From Camelus dromedarius (lineage: Eukaryota): a DNA stretch of 64,000 nt. This document shows positions 23,961 through 38,247 of the stretch, piece by piece. Both the position numbers and the translations under genes were made by a program. Numbering within the stretch: the first letter of the stretch is position 1; each line of letters opens with the position of its first letter. The notes beneath the pieces were generated by a model. That model saw nothing but the letters and a program-made list of their open reading frames with translations. It had not been told where the DNA came from and made no database searches. The stretch lies in the NCBI RefSeq assembly GCF_036321535.1, contig NC_087454.1, positions 3,100,001 through 3,164,000 of the forward strand, in the 5' to 3' direction.

Positions 23961-26937
23961 CTGGGCAGAGGAGCAGAATCTTGTTCATGTCGTGTTCATA
24001 TTACCTAGAGCAGTGCCTGGCACACAGCCAGGGCTCACATGCACTTTTTGAGTGAACACCTGAATAAAACAGAGGACAATGTGGAGTTTTGTGGAGGAAC
24101 TGGACGGCCATAGAAGGCCTCCCTGCAGGGGTGGCATTTAACCCACAGCGGCAGACGCGCGGGAGTGGGACACTATGTTTGCGTGTGACTCTGGAGCTCC
24201 ATTCGGGGTGGCGTCTCAGCTCCCCCCGCCCCGCCCCCAACTCCCGCCTTCGCCGCGAGTGCCTCTGGTCTGTCCGGGAGGCAGTGGGTTGAGAATGAAG
24301 CGAGGAGAATGTTGGTGACTGTCGCGGTATCTCCCGCTTGTGAAGCAGTTGGGTGGCACCAGTCTGCCTCAGTGGCCACTTAGGCCCAGTAGGGGTCCCT
24401 CCAGGTCCCCAGGCCGGGGAAGGCTTTATAGACCATTACCAGCTCTGAGAATCAAGAAGAAATGATTCTATGTGGTGTAATTTTGGTTCTTAAAAATCTG
24501 TTGCCAGGTCAGATGTGGTATTTTACCCCTTCGTGTGGTTGTCTCTCTTCTCCCGTGTTTCAGGCGCGAGGGTGCGCACAGGAAAACACATCACACAGCG
24601 AAATAGGAAAGAATAAAGCTGAAAATGAAAATCAGGGGTAGGGAAAGACGTAAGCTGCAGTGGATCTGGGAGTGTCCCGGGTGTGTTCTGACTTCTGAGA
24701 ATTCTGTGTCTTGCAGTCACAAACGTTCAGCCAAACTCTTCAGTGCAGCGCAAGTAACCTGCCAACCATCTAGTTAAAACAACTTGTGTGAATTGTAAGG
24801 AAATTCTTTCCAGCAAAGTACACATTTTTAATGGAAGGAAATAACTTCAGAGGAGCATTGAACAGACGCAAATCCTGACGGTCTCGGAGATGCGGGAAGC
24901 CGGGCTCGTGCGGTGAGTCCGTGATAGTAATTGGGAACGACCTAGTTCAGTCCATTATTTAGAAAGGGTTGGTAACACCTTAAAGTCTAAACATCTATGA
25001 AAACCTGTTCTAAACGTCTGAAAGTTTTTCTGCATGACTTTAAAATTCAGACATTCAGGGCATTCACCCTACAACTGGCCGAAACTGTCCTGGCTGAAAC
25101 ACGAGGTAACCGTGCTTTCAATTTGCAAAATAACCAAGTGTTGCTGTGAGCAGCTCTTCCTGGCAGAGAGTGTTTTCTGTAAAGCTGATGCCAATTCTAA
25201 ACTCTTTCCAAATGTTTCGATACAGTCTTCCACTGACATCCCTGTATGTACAGTCAGGAGGCTCAAACTGCACATTATTAATCCTCCCTCAAAGCCTCCT
25301 TGAAGTTCCAGGGGACATTTGTCAGTAGGAATTCCTCATCGGTGACTCCCGTGTGCGAAGGAAGCCCCAGGTCCTGGTCTCAGGCAGAGACCCTGACTGG
25401 GGAAGCCGTTTCATGAGGATAGCGCCAGGTTTGGAAAAAGTGATCGGTGCTGAAATCCTGCCTCACCATTCGGTTTATCCTCTGTGTTCTCTACGTGGAT
25501 GCTTTTATGTCCTTAACCGTGCTTTACACCTGATACATCTTAAATTTAATGGATCACTTATTATATCATTTGAAAGTAAAAATAGTAGCAGAAAACACTT
25601 CAGAGCAGATTTATATTTAGTGATTTCCAGTAATATTCATTACGTTTGCTACAGTACTGGATTTCCAGGTACAGGTTCTTAGGCGTGTAATTTAGTTTTC
25701 TGTCGGTTATTGTTCTGGGTAATTAAGCATGAGCTTGCGGCCCCTGAAATACAACCTCAGAATCCCCATGATTCAGCACGAGCAAAGTCGGTTTCTTACC
25801 CTCGTGGGGGCCGACCCCTCCATGCGGTGACTCGGCACAGCAGGCCCCTTCCAGCCTGCGACAGTGCCGTCCCTGTGCTGGTTCGAGGGTCAGGGAGAGG
25901 AGTACCGAGGTGGCACATCCTGTCTTAAATGCCTCACCCCAGAGGTGCCACGTGCCACCTGCACGCATGCCCTGCTGGCTGGAACTAGTCCCGTGGCCCC
26001 GTGACCTGTAGCGGGACCAGGAGCAGCAGCACAAGGGATGTTCGCCAAGTGCTGCATTCTCTGCCTGCCATCTTAGGAGGAATTGACAGCAATGATAACA
26101 CACAACTCCATTTTCAGTTGTACAAGTTTTGCCTGATTTTAAATGCATTTTAATGACAAATTTTGGTTAATGTGAACAGTTGACACGGCCACACATGCTG
26201 AGCGTAGGATGGAAAACTTCAGGGGCCCGGGTACGTTGTCGCGGTGCTGGTTCTGCGGGAGCTACTCGTGTGAGTTTGCATTCGCCACTCAGGTTCTTTC
26301 ACCTGTTTCCTCCTTGTGTGCAAATTAACTGGATCACGCTGTGATCCCTCGTAACCTCAACCTTTAAATGTTATTCTGCTCATGTGATCGGTCCCACAGG
26401 TGTGATGTTTTCATAAGTAGGCTCTGCATTGAAAGAGAATCTGTAAAAGGACTGAGTCTGTTTGCAGTCTGTCCTTGCATCCTTTTTGTTAACCAAGGAT
26501 ATAAAATGTTCACTCAGGAACCCAGAATTGAAACGTGCGGACAACCCTGATTTCCGCGGTGCACACGCTCCTCTGAATCTTTCTATTTCTTTCTATTTTG
26601 ACGAAGATTTAGTTGTTGCTACTATGTATCAGCATTTTGCAGGCTGCCTGGGGTATAAAAATAAGTACATGTGGTTGGATTTTGCTCTGGAGGATGAGTG
26701 TTCTAGCATCGGAGTCAGACGTGTAGATAGATGGATTCACGCGCTCTTTGGGAAGTGCTGGGAAGGTGGGGCGCACAAGGAATAATGGACTATGATGCTA
26801 GTTGGCATAGCTTGGGAAGGAGGAAGGGTTGTCTGAGCTACGTCTCCAAAAGTGAAAATGAGTAAGTTTGGAAAAAAGAACAAAGGCATAAAAGAGCGTG
26901 GTGTATGGGGAAATGCGTCAAGCGTCTTGGTGACGGC

Positions 26938-27225
26938 GCTGTACTGTCCAGCATGGTGGCCATTGGAGTGGAGCTCGCTCAAACTGAGATGTGTTTAAGT
27001 GTGACACACAAGGTTTCAAGTACTTAGTTCAATGAAGGAATGTCAACTATCTCATTAATACTTTTTAAAAATATTGATTACATGGTGAAATGAACATCTT
27101 AGACATATTGGTTAAGTAAAGTGTGTTAATATAATTAATTCCACCTGTTTCTTTTCCCTTTTTTAACGTGACTTCTAGAAAAATTTAAAACTACCTGTGT
27201 GGCTTTCCATTGGATGAGGCTGTTC
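26938..27225 (+). mobile_element. MER33-like hAT-Charlie element
   Basis: ctgtccagcatggtggcc..aactgagatgtg..tatctcattaata..tattgattacatg..ccacctgtttctttt..aaatttaaaactacctgtgtggct. Confidence 0.8.
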
Positions 27226-27229
27226 CAGA

Positions 27230-27890
27230 GCATCACTCATGAAGGAAGGTGTGCGGGAGCTGATGTTGCAGTGGGTGGTGGGGGCAGGCGTCAGGGCGAG
27301 GAGAGTCCTATTCTCGCGCAGCCTCGTCTGTCACTCTCTAAAGTGGAGAACTTTGCACAGCGGAGTCACAGTCGTGTTTGCATGTGCGTTAGCTCTGAGC
27401 TCTGTGCGGTTCTGTGCCAGGCTCTTGAGTGGAGTCTGGGAGTCTGGCCAGAGGCTGTTGCCATATCCAGGGGGCCAAAGGCGAGGGTTGCAGGGCAGTG
27501 GCCGTAACTATGGAGACTGGGAGTCAGAGCTTTGGAACAGGCATCAGGAGTGACTTGGGTGTCTCAGGTGACCGGTGGGCATTTGTGCCACCAACTGAGT
27601 TCTCAGTGTTGGAGAGGCAGACGGTGCATCGGGGAGGAAACCGTGAATGCAGTTTTGGAAATGTGGACCTGGCTTGGTTGTGACACATCTGAAGGGTGTT
27701 TGGGTAGATGAATCTGAAACTCTGGCAAGAGGTCGGGGCGAGAGAAAGAGACGTGAGCATGGTCAGGTGGCGAAAACAACGGAATTCCGTGTGTGATTAC
27801 CCAGAGGAACGTAGGGTGAGAGACGCGAGGCAGAGATGGTTTCCTGAGAACGGCAGCATCTAAGGATGGGCCAGAGGAAACTACGTGAAT
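27230..27890 (-). mobile_element. L2 fragment, antisense
   Basis: gaatgcagttttggaaatgtg..gatgaatctgaaactctggcaagaggtcggggcgagagaaagagac. Confidence 0.55.
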
Positions 27891-28607
27891 GAATAGGGCT
27901 GTAACTGACTGCTTAATGTATAGAAGTCTGTGCCCGTAACTGATCCCGTAAAGGATCACTCATTTTTATTACAATTAGTGTTACAGTATAGCGTTTCTGT
28001 TAATAGTAACATGACTGTCGGCATCATGCAAGAAATGTAGATTTTTGGTAATCATTTGATAATAATTTTTATTTGTATGTGCTATTTATAACTAGTAATT
28101 CCTAATAAATTCGTTTTTAGTTTTGTAAACGTTAGCAATAAAACTAATTCCTAGGAAAATATAAAACTTTCTGAAACAAAGAAGAGCTTTGTAGCGGTCG
28201 CCATGTCAGCGTTTGCAGTTTCGCTGCACGTTTCGGTTTTCCAGCGAACCTGAACTGACCCAACACTTGTGATGTCGTAAGGAACCATTTTTGCACAAAG
28301 TAAGAATGATTATTCTACAGTAAAAATTTCCCTATAAAATGTCGACATGGTAACACTTGGTGTAGCGCGTAACGTACAGATCTCTGCGTCCAGTGAGAAG
28401 CATCATGGGAAGTTGGTCTCAGCTGTGAGGATGGTGCCCGGGCTCTGGCCGTGAGGAGGCAGGAGGCTTGCCAGCACAGCCACGTCGGGTGTGCGAGCGA
28501 GGGCTCGTCCCGACGGAACCTCAGGAAGCACCCATCACGTGGGGTGACGTGCAGCCCTTCAGGAAGGAGGGCGTCCGTGTCGGAAGCGGTGCGCTTGCTG
28601 TGAGGGC

Positions 28608-28957
28608 GCTGTCACGGATGGAGTGTTTGTTTTCTCCAAATCCATGTGTTGAGACCCTGGTGCCCAAGGTGATGGTGTTAGGTAGGGGGTATGGCCTTTG
28701 GGAGACGATTAGGCTCCACCCTCACGAGCGGCATTAGTGCCCCAGCAGAGGCCCGGGAGAACTCCCTTCCCCTTCTGCTGCGTGGGGGCATGTGCACAAC
28801 AGGCCGTCTGTGCAGCAGGAGGCAGGCCCTCCCCAGAGACTGAACGTGCTGGTGCCTTGACCTTGCACTTCCCGGCTTCCAGATCTGTGAGAAGTGAGTT
28901 TTTGTTGTTTATAAACCACCTAGTTTTTGGTATTTTTTTATAGCAGCCTGAACAGAC
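28608..28957 (+). mobile_element. MLT1A-like MaLR solo LTR
   Basis: aaatccatgtgttgagaccct..gtgatggtgttagg..ccttgcacttcccggcttccagatctgtgagaagtgagtttttgttgtttataaaccacc..tagcagcctgaacagac. Confidence 0.8.
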
Positions 28958-29833
28958 AGGCGGCCAGCCCTGGGAGGCGGCGTTGACTTTGCTGGATGGG
29001 GCTCTTGTCCACGTTCGCAAACGTCATCTTAATGGGCTGGTGTGGTGGAAGCCAGATTGCAGCTGAACTTGACTGTATGGATGAGGCGATGGGGGCTGAA
29101 GGTTGGAAGCAGTGAGTGTAGACTGCCTTTTCCAGAAGCTTGCCCAGGAGCGAGGAGCAGCGTACAGCAGCAGCAGGGCAGGGAGCGTTTTGAAGGGAGA
29201 GCTTTAAACGTCGATTGGTTGAAGAAAGGGGTCATGATTTGGGATGCTGGTTGCTGGGTGAGGCTTGGGTGCGGAACAGACACAGTTCTATTGATCTCTC
29301 CATCGACCCTACACCCCCCACAAGGCCCAATGAGGAGATGTCTCTGATGCAGGAGCTGCTCTGTAAGCCAAGTATCCTTTTTCCCTATACTCTTAAAGCC
29401 CCTGTGGCTCTGAGCCCAGTCCCCTGTGCAACTTTAAAAAATAATGAAATAAAGTAAGAGTCCCACTGTGCTATCAGATTTAGTTGTGTGGCTGTTGATG
29501 CCATCGCAGTGTTTATTCCATTCTGTCTCACTGGGTGCATCCGGGTGTGTTCTTAATGCTGAGCTACGTTGAGAAAGTGGATGATTTGTCTATTCATAGT
29601 TTTCTTGTGTTGCTTTGAATAAATGCGATTAGAAGAGAGAATTCAAGCTCAGAAGCCTTAGCCATAACCCTACGTGACTTCCTCAAAGTTCAGTTTTGTT
29701 TCCCGTCAAGTGGAGTGACTGAGATTGTGGTCTTCCTGCCGAATAGTCCTGGCCAGTTGTCCACAATGCCATTCTGTCAGTAGTGTTCAGGGAGGTGGAT
29801 GACAGTTTTTTTGACCAAAGACAGAAATATGCA

Positions 29834-30671
29834 CACCGCTAACTATTAGAGAAATGCAGATCAGAACTACAATGAGGTATCACTTCACACCAGTGAGAAT
29901 GACCATCATTAAAAAGTCTACAAACAATAAACACTGGAGAGGGTGTGGAGAAAAGGGAACCCTCCTACATTGTTGGATGGAATGTAATTTGGTGCAGGCG
30001 TTATGGAGGACAGTATGGAGGTTTCTTAGAAAACTAAAAATAGACTTACCATATGACCCAGCAATCCCACTCCTGGGCATATATCTAGAAGGAACTCTAA
30101 CTTGAAAGGATACATGTACCCCAGTNNNNNNNNNNNNNNNNNNNNNNNNNNNNNNNNNNNNNNNNNNNNNNNNNNNNNNNNNNNNNNNNNNNNNNNNNNN
30201 NNNNNNNNNNNNNNNNNNNNNNNNNNNNNNNNNNNNNNNNNNNNNNNNNNNNNNNNNNNNNATGGATGGACCTAGAGATTATCATACTAAGTGAAGTAAG
30301 TCAGAGAAAGACAAATGTCATATGATATCCCTTATATGTGGAACCTTAAGAGATGATACAAACGGACTTATTTACAAACCAGAAATAGACTCACAGACAT
30401 AAAAAACAAACTATGGTTACCAAAGGGGAAAGGAAGATTAGAGTTTGGGATTTGCAGATACGCTACTATATGTAAAATAGATAAACAACAAGCACCTACC
30501 ATAAAACAAGAATGAGGAACTAGATTCAATATCTTATAATAACCTATAATGGAAAAGAAGCTGAAGAAAGAAAATATATATGTATGTATGTGTACAATTG
30601 AATCACTTTGTTGTACACCTGAAACTAACACACACAACATTATAAATCGACTATACTTCAATTAAAAAAAA
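29834..30671 (+). mobile_element. Relatively young 5'-truncated L1 (ORF2 C-terminus plus 3'UTR), defective
   Basis: ORF 29854-30105 [49 protein letters not shown] matches the L1 ORF2 cysteine-rich C-terminus. There is an in-frame TGA before KDTCTP, and a poly-A at 30664-30671. Confidence 0.9.
30126..30261. other. Assembly gap (136 N) inside the L1
   Basis: Run of N. The flanks are collinear L1 sequence. Confidence 0.97.
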
Positions 30672-33600
30672 CTCCAAATTTCTAAAAATTTCAAACTGTA
30701 TTTGAAGAATGTGTTTGAGGACCCTGCTGCACCCAAGGCTAGTGAAGCCTGAGCATTGTAAAGTCGATTCGGAGATGAAACATCTTGCTGGACTGGTGGT
30801 GGTGGTTATTATTTAAGACTGTGTCTCTCTCAGGTTTCTAAGGCCCAGATGCAGGCATCTCAGAAGAGGCTGTGTTTGTAGCTGGTGTCCAGATAGTCAC
30901 ACTTCCTGTCTAGGTTCTGGCTCCTGCTGGGGACAGCCACCTCCAGTTCACAGCTGCCTTGCTAGGAAAGTACTTATGTCTCTTGCTTTCTTAGACTAAA
31001 CCTGCGCAGTTATTTCTTTGTGTTTGGCAGTATATGAAGGAAGTGCCCTGTTCTGTCCCTGTCCTTGCAGGGAACATTTTAAAAATTATTGTTAAGAAAA
31101 ATTTCAAGCATTCTACAAAGTATAGAGAATAAATCAGTAGATACGCTGTTCACATCACCAGCTCCTGAAATAAGACGTCGTGGGTGCAGCTGAAGCCCCT
31201 GGCAGCAGTGTGCACTCGCTGTTTGTCCACAGTCCTGCCAGCATCTCTCATTGTCCCACTGCAGTGTTTGCCAGTTTGATGAGTGAAAAATGATGAGGCC
31301 CTATTTTTCAAATTATCTTTGGAGTTCCTGAGAGGAGGTAACATGTGGAGGATAAGTACAGCAAGAAATACAGCCCCCAAAGGAAGTAAAATATTGATTA
31401 AAATTCATGAGGAATTTATTAAAACTGAAAATGAGGGAATATCGACAGGTATGTATGTTAGCGTGTCAGAGTGCTTTGAACGCACTGTTGGGTTTTGATG
31501 GGTCACTGAGTGATGGATGTGGCTGCTGCCCCCAAGGAGGTCGGGGGAGGCTGACTTTTCGACAGGTGCTATTTAGCAAGGAGAGTGATAGCCCTGGACC
31601 TGCTTCTGTCCTGACGGAATCACCCCAAAGATGAGCTCCGGTTCTTAGGAGGTTTCTAAAAAAAAATTGTTGCCTACTTTTAGGAGTTCTTAGAAACCCT
31701 CTCTTTCCCTATGTAATTATCTTTGTATTTCTATTCTGTTTGCCTCTCTCTCTTTTTCACTTTTAAATTGGAAATTCTGAAATGACTGGAACCTGGAGGC
31801 TTGTAGAGGATCTCGATGGTTTCTTTTCGGCTTTTACCTAAGGACTGGGTTTGGATGATGGCAGGCGGTGGGAAATTTTCTGTGCGTCAACGTCCAGTAA
31901 CATCCAGCTTTCAGAAAACGGTTGACAGTTGACACTGAACTTGAGAAGCAGTGTTCAACATCAGAGGTTGATCTTGTCCTGCCCAAAATATGTGAGGAGA
32001 CCGTGTGAAGCCAGTTGGCTGAGAACCTGTAACAGAAGAGGCCGGGCCTCCTCCTTTCCCCGTCCTGCCCCGGGTAGTCCCTGCGCTGTGGACACGCCCA
32101 CAGGTGGCGCCCACCAAGGAGCTGCTGGCATCAGAGGCCCCTTTATTTTCTTCCTATAATAGAAAGTCTGTGCTTAAACAAAGAATTATAAAGCTGGGAA
32201 AGCTCTCCTGGGAATTCTGACCAAGACCGAGCTCTGGCAAGGCAAAGGACTGACTAAAATTCTGATGCAGGCAGGACTGGGTGATCGCCAGTCTTAATTG
32301 TAGAGGCTTCCAGAACTCGTGATAGCACGACCTCTCTGGGTGACCTGTTTTCAGGCCTAGTTCCTCAGACTCTCAAGGATTTTGTCTTATATTTAAGCTT
32401 AATTCTTGCTTTCTGAACTTTTGCACAGTGTAGGAACATCATTTTCTTGATCACAGTTCACAAGTGGCTGACTGGCTACAGATCCCCTCCAGGGTTTATG
32501 TGAGATGTTTATGCTGAGTTAGCAAAATTGTTTTTACAAGACAAGGGGAAGTGGCATTGATCTCAAGAGTTTGGTACCAATCAGAGGTTCTGCGGTGCTT
32601 CAGTGAGTCCGATCCCGCCATCATGTCAGAATGCTAGGACTGACTAGCAGCTAGGAGAGCCTACGGCGTGCTGTGCTGACAGATGTGAGAGTGTGTTTCT
32701 CAGGCAGAGAGAGCCCACTGTGGAGTCCTCCGTCCGCGTTATAACCTCTGGAACATGCGGCTGCCAAGGTCCCCGCAGCAGGGGAAGAGAGCGGGAGGGT
32801 CCCCAAGGGCCAGCCCTAGGAGGGCGGGGCTCCTGCCTGCTCAGACTCCATTGGCTGGGGCAGGGTCACATGACTCCCAGGTTCTGCAAGGAGGGTCGGG
32901 ACAGACGCTCGTGTCCAAGACGCTGAGAAGGAAGCAGGCTTTGGTTTTCACATAGCACTTCCCCCCGCGTGGACCGTCCTCACTGGCCTCGGTGTGACTT
33001 GGCAGAGTTCGCTGATGAGAGGGACAGTCTGTCTCATTGGGCCACCTCTGCCGATGTGGTCTGTCTGAGGAACACATTATGTTATAGACGTTTCATGTGC
33101 TTTGTGTTTTTAGCTTTGCCAACTGCTGTCTTATTTTTATCCACCTCTGTTCCAGTGTCTGTCTGAGTCCCCTTCCATCTGTTTTGTCTCTTCTGCTCCA
33201 TCGCCATGGCTAAAAACACACTGGGTTCCTTGGGAAGGAGTGGAGACGTTGCTCACGTTTAATCCCCATTCTTCTGTTCCCTTGTGCTCTTCCCCATCAT
33301 TTCTGTTCGGTTTAACACTATATGCTACTCGAATTCAGGTCAGGAGTAAACTGTTTAAATACTGAGTATTTCTTTGTTACCTGTGGGCATAGCAGGTGTG
33401 GGACATTGGGAAGCACCGAGGGAGAGAGAACTGATGAGGGGAGGGGGGTAAAGTAAAACATGCTTACTGCATTCAATGTGCTGGACTCAGGAGACGTAAA
33501 CTTCTAGAACAGTTTTATTTTTCACACCACTGCCTTCAACAGGTTCTGTCTGATCACCCTTCCTCATCCAGAGTGAAATTTCAAGCAGCTCCCAGAGCTT

Positions 33601-34412
33601 TCCTAGTCATTTTCCAGTCCAGTCCAGTCTCATGGCTAAGCTTCCATCTTCCATCCAACTTAAAGCTTTCCCCTCCCTTCGCTCCGAACAGGGTACAGGT
33701 GTGGAAGCTGGATGAGGGGTGATGGGGGAGCAGGGAGCAAGGGGTGAAGAGGGTTGGGTGGGGAGGAGAGAAGCGGGCAAGGGCCAGCAGAGGGCTTCTT
33801 TTGCTGTACAGCTGGGGCCTGGCATTGGTGACTTCAGGGAGTGACCAGTACCTTGATGCTGACTTTTTTCTCCTGGGGTGCTTGGTGGATCCCTTAATGT
33901 GATTCCCGACTCATGTGGACTGGAGGCCTCAAGAATGGGTTATGTCATCTCTGGCTGATGAGTGAGTGCCACCCCGGGTCTCTATTCAGTGGTGTGTTTG
34001 CAGGCTCTTGCTGCTGAGGTCAGCTCATCCACCACAGGACACCGGTGGGTGGGGTGCTTTCGAAGGTGGCTCACACGCAGCCAGCTGCTCGCTGCTCGGG
34101 TGCCCATCCAGGCTGCAGGACACCCGCAGTTCTCCTGTGCCTTGCACATACCTGTCTTCCCGCCCACTGCTCCGGCTGTTTCCATTCCATCTTCAGCCGT
34201 TAGAGTTTTTCAGGTGTGCATTAAGGGGTAGTCTCTGGGTCCCCCAGATCCAAGGAGACACATGCCAAGTTCTCTAGTCCCCACCCCCACTTCCTTCAGG
34301 GAGAGTCGCCCCGTTTTCCCTGGGAGGGAGGGAAACGCATCCGTCCTGCGGCAACTCTCCAGAGAGCCCATTTCTCCAGCACAGTGAACTCTGAGCTGTT
34401 CCTAGCAGAGCG

Positions 34413-34446
34413 TGGAGGTGGGAGGTGGGAGGTGGGAGGTGGGTGG
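34413..34446 (+). repeat. (GGAGGTG)n heptamer repeat, G4-forming
   Basis: tggaggtgggaggtgggaggtgggaggtgggtgg. Confidence 0.8.
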
Positions 34447-34719
34447 CGAGTGGACCCGTCCCACTGTCCCGGGGCACTTCCAGCTTCTATCTTTCTTAGC
34501 CTTTGGAACGTCTGCCGACCATGGGGATATTCCTTCCGACGTGTGACATGCTGTTTTGCGTTCACATCTCCTGAAACGGCGGTGATGCCTCTGTGAGCAG
34601 GAGAGGGTTTGTTCACCTCTCACCAGAGTTGCCTGCTTACAGCAAAGGGTCCCCGTGGAGCATTCTGTCGGCTGCTTTCTGGGTTTGCGTCTCCGCAGAC
34701 CGTGATGGTGACTGTCACG

Positions 34720-34900
34720 GGCATCCGCTGGGCCCGTCCTTTGCTCCAGGCCCCTTCTGAGTGGTGGCTGAGTAAGAACTCAGGGATGCCTCAGGATGGC
34801 TGCGTGAGGTGGGTTCTGTTGACTATCCTCACTTTACAGGTGGGGACGTGGAGTAGGGTCGCCCGGCCGGTCAGTGGTGCAGCCAGGGCGAGCGGGGGTC
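34720..34900 (-). mobile_element. MIR SINE
   Basis: actatcctcactttacaggtgggga core, antisense. Confidence 0.6.
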
Positions 34901-35756
34901 CAGCGTCCTTGCTCTGAGCCCACCGGCTCTCCGGGTTAACGGTGTGTGACCAGGTAACTGCAGAGGAAGAACCTTGCTGAGGGCCCAGTGTTCCTCTGAG
35001 GGGGATGAGGGCCGCTGGCCGTCAGCAGCAGCTCTCGGGGGCTCCCTGCTCTCCGGACGGGCAGGAGCCCCAGGGTGGGGAAGGCGGCCTGTCACCAGGC
35101 CTTTGTGGGACACAGACAGGCTGGCTTCCTTCCCCTCTCACACACATTTTCCTGGGGAATTTCTAGAAAAGGAGCAGCTGTCCTCCACTCACTGAGAGAT
35201 GCCTCTCTCCTCAGCGTCCACATTCTCCCCAGCGATCAGATCCCGCACAGGGGAACTCCCTCGTCTGCCGGTCCGCAGGCTGCCCTGACCCTGAAAGGAG
35301 TCTGTCTCCTGCCCAGCGCTCGTCTCCAGCAGGTTCTGAGAGCCCAGAAATGTCCAGAAAGGGGAAGGGGCTGGGCTGAGAGCAGAGTCCCCGAGGGGAC
35401 TCCGATTTACAAGGGGGGGGGCTGAAAGAGGCCTCATGTGGGGAGCCACGCAGTCCTGCTGCTCAAGTTCAAAATGCACCGTTACTGATGGTGCATCTTG
35501 CTATAGAGGCAATAGGTGGCCGAGACCCGAGCAGGTTAATGGGAAAGGGGGAAGGGGAGACTGGGTAAAGGCTGAGAGGGGAAGGGGTTACAGTGTGGGG
35601 CACCGACATCCCCCGCCAGGTGTGTCCAGCGGCCTCCCTTGACCTGTCAGAACCATAGACAGCCTTATTAGGAAGGGTTTACCAGATGACCACGGGCTGG
35701 GGGTGGGGCGGGGGCAGGACGTTGCCTTTCACAAACGTGTAGAGCTGTGCTTGCTG

Positions 35757-36400
35757 TTTGTTTTTTTAATTGAAAATTTTCAGAATAACAGTAGATTCAT
35801 TTGCAGTTGTAAGAAGAGAGAAATCCCGTGTACACTTTATCCCGTTTGCTCCGATGGTGACATTTTCCTAAACCGTAGTACCGTCGCATCAGGTTATGGA
35901 CAGGGACACAATCCTTTGATCTTAGGCACCTTTCCCTCTTTTACTTGGCTTCATCTGTTTGTGTGTTTAGTTCTATACAGTTTTATCCTGTGTAGATTCG
36001 TAGATTCACTGCTGAAGTCAAGATACAAAACAGCTCTGTCACCACGAGGGTCCTTCACGCTGTGTTTCTATAGCTGAATCCCCCCCATCCTTCTCTGCCG
36101 CCCCGCATCCTTAGCCATCACTGATCCGTTCTCCATTTCTAAAATTTTGTTTTTTAAAATGTTAGAGAAATGGGATCATACAGTATCAAACCTTTTGAGT
36201 TGGTGTTTTCCACTGGACGTAACTCCCTGCAGACCCATGCGGTTTGCTGCGTCTGTCCCTGCGAAGTCCAGGCCTTTGTGCTGTGTGGACCAGTGTCCTG
36301 TGGTGTGGATGTCCCACTGTCTGTGCGGCCCCTCCCCTGAGGAAGGACGTCTGGAGTGCTCACTTTTCACCTCTTGGGTCATAGGCTGATTCGCCTTCTA
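35757..36400 (-). mobile_element. L1MC-like 3' fragment, antisense
   Basis: ttttttaattgaaaattttcagaataacagtagattcatttgcagttgtaaga..gagaaatgggatcatacagtat. Confidence 0.75.
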
Positions 36401-38247
36401 CTGGCTGTTTTGACTTTATCTCACTCTTTTTCACTGTATCCACACACCAACAACTTCTGGATCAATGTGTATCTTATGTTGATAGAAAACAAAAGCCATT
36501 CAGTGTATTTTAAACCCAATTAGAGGCTTATTATTGTTACAATTGGATTATTTCTACATCGCTGGCTCTCCTACAGTGGGAAAACAGTAGGTGGCCGTGT
36601 GTAAGGTTGCTGGCTGTGTGCACATCCCCTTACAGAGTGAGTAAGTGTGTCCCTCTGGAGTTGAGTTAGGACCTGACATGTGTTGTGTCCGGCTTGTTGT
36701 GAGTGCTGCCCGCAGCCGAGCCAGTCGGACCCAGAGCAGCTCCAGGCTGGACACTGGTCCCTGCCTCCAGTCAGCCCCCGATGACTTTGGTTTCGAAAGG
36801 GAGGTGCAAACACTCTGTCAGAGAGTGACGTCCCATAAAGAAAGCTGTGGGAGTGCCCGTGAGGGGGACAGAGAACCGGTGGAAAAAACAAGGAGGAAAA
36901 AGTGATTCAAGTAGTTTGCCAAGAGAATTTTGGTTAATTTGTCCTTAAGCTATTTGGGAATAGATTGTAGCAAGGAGTTTAGCTTTCGCTCAGAGATCTT
37001 CTCTTGCGTATTGATAATTAGCTTGGCTTGGGCCAGGATTCCTAAAGGCCCCTGAACCGTGCACTTGGGCCAACATTAAAGGCCGGCTTTTCTCTTGGCG
37101 TAGGCAGTCGCTAAGGTAGATGGATTTAGACAGCTGAAAACAGCAAAGACCATAAAGGTGTAACTCAGAGACTCTGGGCCGCTGGAGCAACCCGGGAAAG
37201 AGAGCAGACGTCTTCCGAAGATTCCCCTATTGTTTGTTTTCTTTTTGGAAAAGTCAGAAAACATGTGACACAGTGCGATCAGTATCTGCCCAGCAGCAGC
37301 CGGCGAGCACCGCCCCGCTGTCCGTGCGCTGGCGGGTGAGACTGGCGCCCGGGCAGGAGGGGCCGGGGAGACGAGTTCCCCTGGGCGCTGCTGGCCGCTC
37401 TCGGGGGGTGAGGGGTTGCTTCTCAGTCGCTTTTCCTCTGTGGGGGTGGGGGTGGGGGTGGGGTGCAGTTTGGTTGTTACTTTGTTTTAAATGTCGTCTC
37501 TTAATTATATTTTGGATAATGATGAAGAGAGAAGCAATTTGGTTATGAGAGTAAATCTTAAAAGGCTCCGTGGCTCCTTTATCTACTGCTGAAAACGACT
37601 CCCACGGGGAAGAGTATTTCATTAATTGTCGTTACTTGGGAATTACAGAGTCAGAACGGCTGACGTTTCCCTTATCAGTCATACGTGCAAGGGACAGTGG
37701 CCTTACTTACTCTAAATTAAGTTCCTTCCATGGTTAAAAAAATAAGACTATGACAAGAAATAGATCACTATTACCTTTTATTTTGGAAAGCAGTTTTTCT
37801 CACGGAGACGTGAAAGTACACTTTTTCCAACCACGAGGCAGGAAGTGTCATTCCTTGGTTCTGTAACAGGCAGGAATAGATGAGTACATCCAGCTTAATG
37901 CTTCAGCGTCTCAGTGATGGGACGAAGCCTGTAACAGGCCCCTTCCCCGGGGAGGAGAACGTCCTGCCTGCCTCACTCGCGCGCTGCAGCCCCGGCGCTT
38001 CCCCTCTCGTGGGAGGGCCTCTCAGGTGGGAGCTGCCCCCGGAGTCTGTGTTTCGTGGTCAGAGGGATCCAAGCAGGAAAGGCTGGTGGTGTCGGTCGGC
38101 AGGACTGTGTTGACCTGCCACCCAAAGGCCTGTCCCTGAGGGTCTCAGCAGTCCTGTCATTCGGGCTCAGGGTTTCACTTTCCATTCCTGCTCCTTCCTT
38201 CCTGAAGGACTTCTCAATTCTAGTTCGCCTTTTGCTTGTGACCAAGT

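Noticed and set aside
27940-28360. AT-rich block with possible terminal repeats (tagtgttac / ggtaacact), perhaps a DNA transposon
   Set aside because: I cannot assign a family or confirm TIRs and TSDs by eye; it needs a Dfam search.
29854-30105. 83-aa ORF with a cysteine-rich motif
   Set aside because: It is the L1 ORF2 C-terminal remnant, 5'-truncated with a premature stop, not a host gene.
30126-30261. N run as a possible hidden element
   Set aside because: The gap size roughly matches the L1 segment expected between the flanks, so it is an ordinary scaffold gap.
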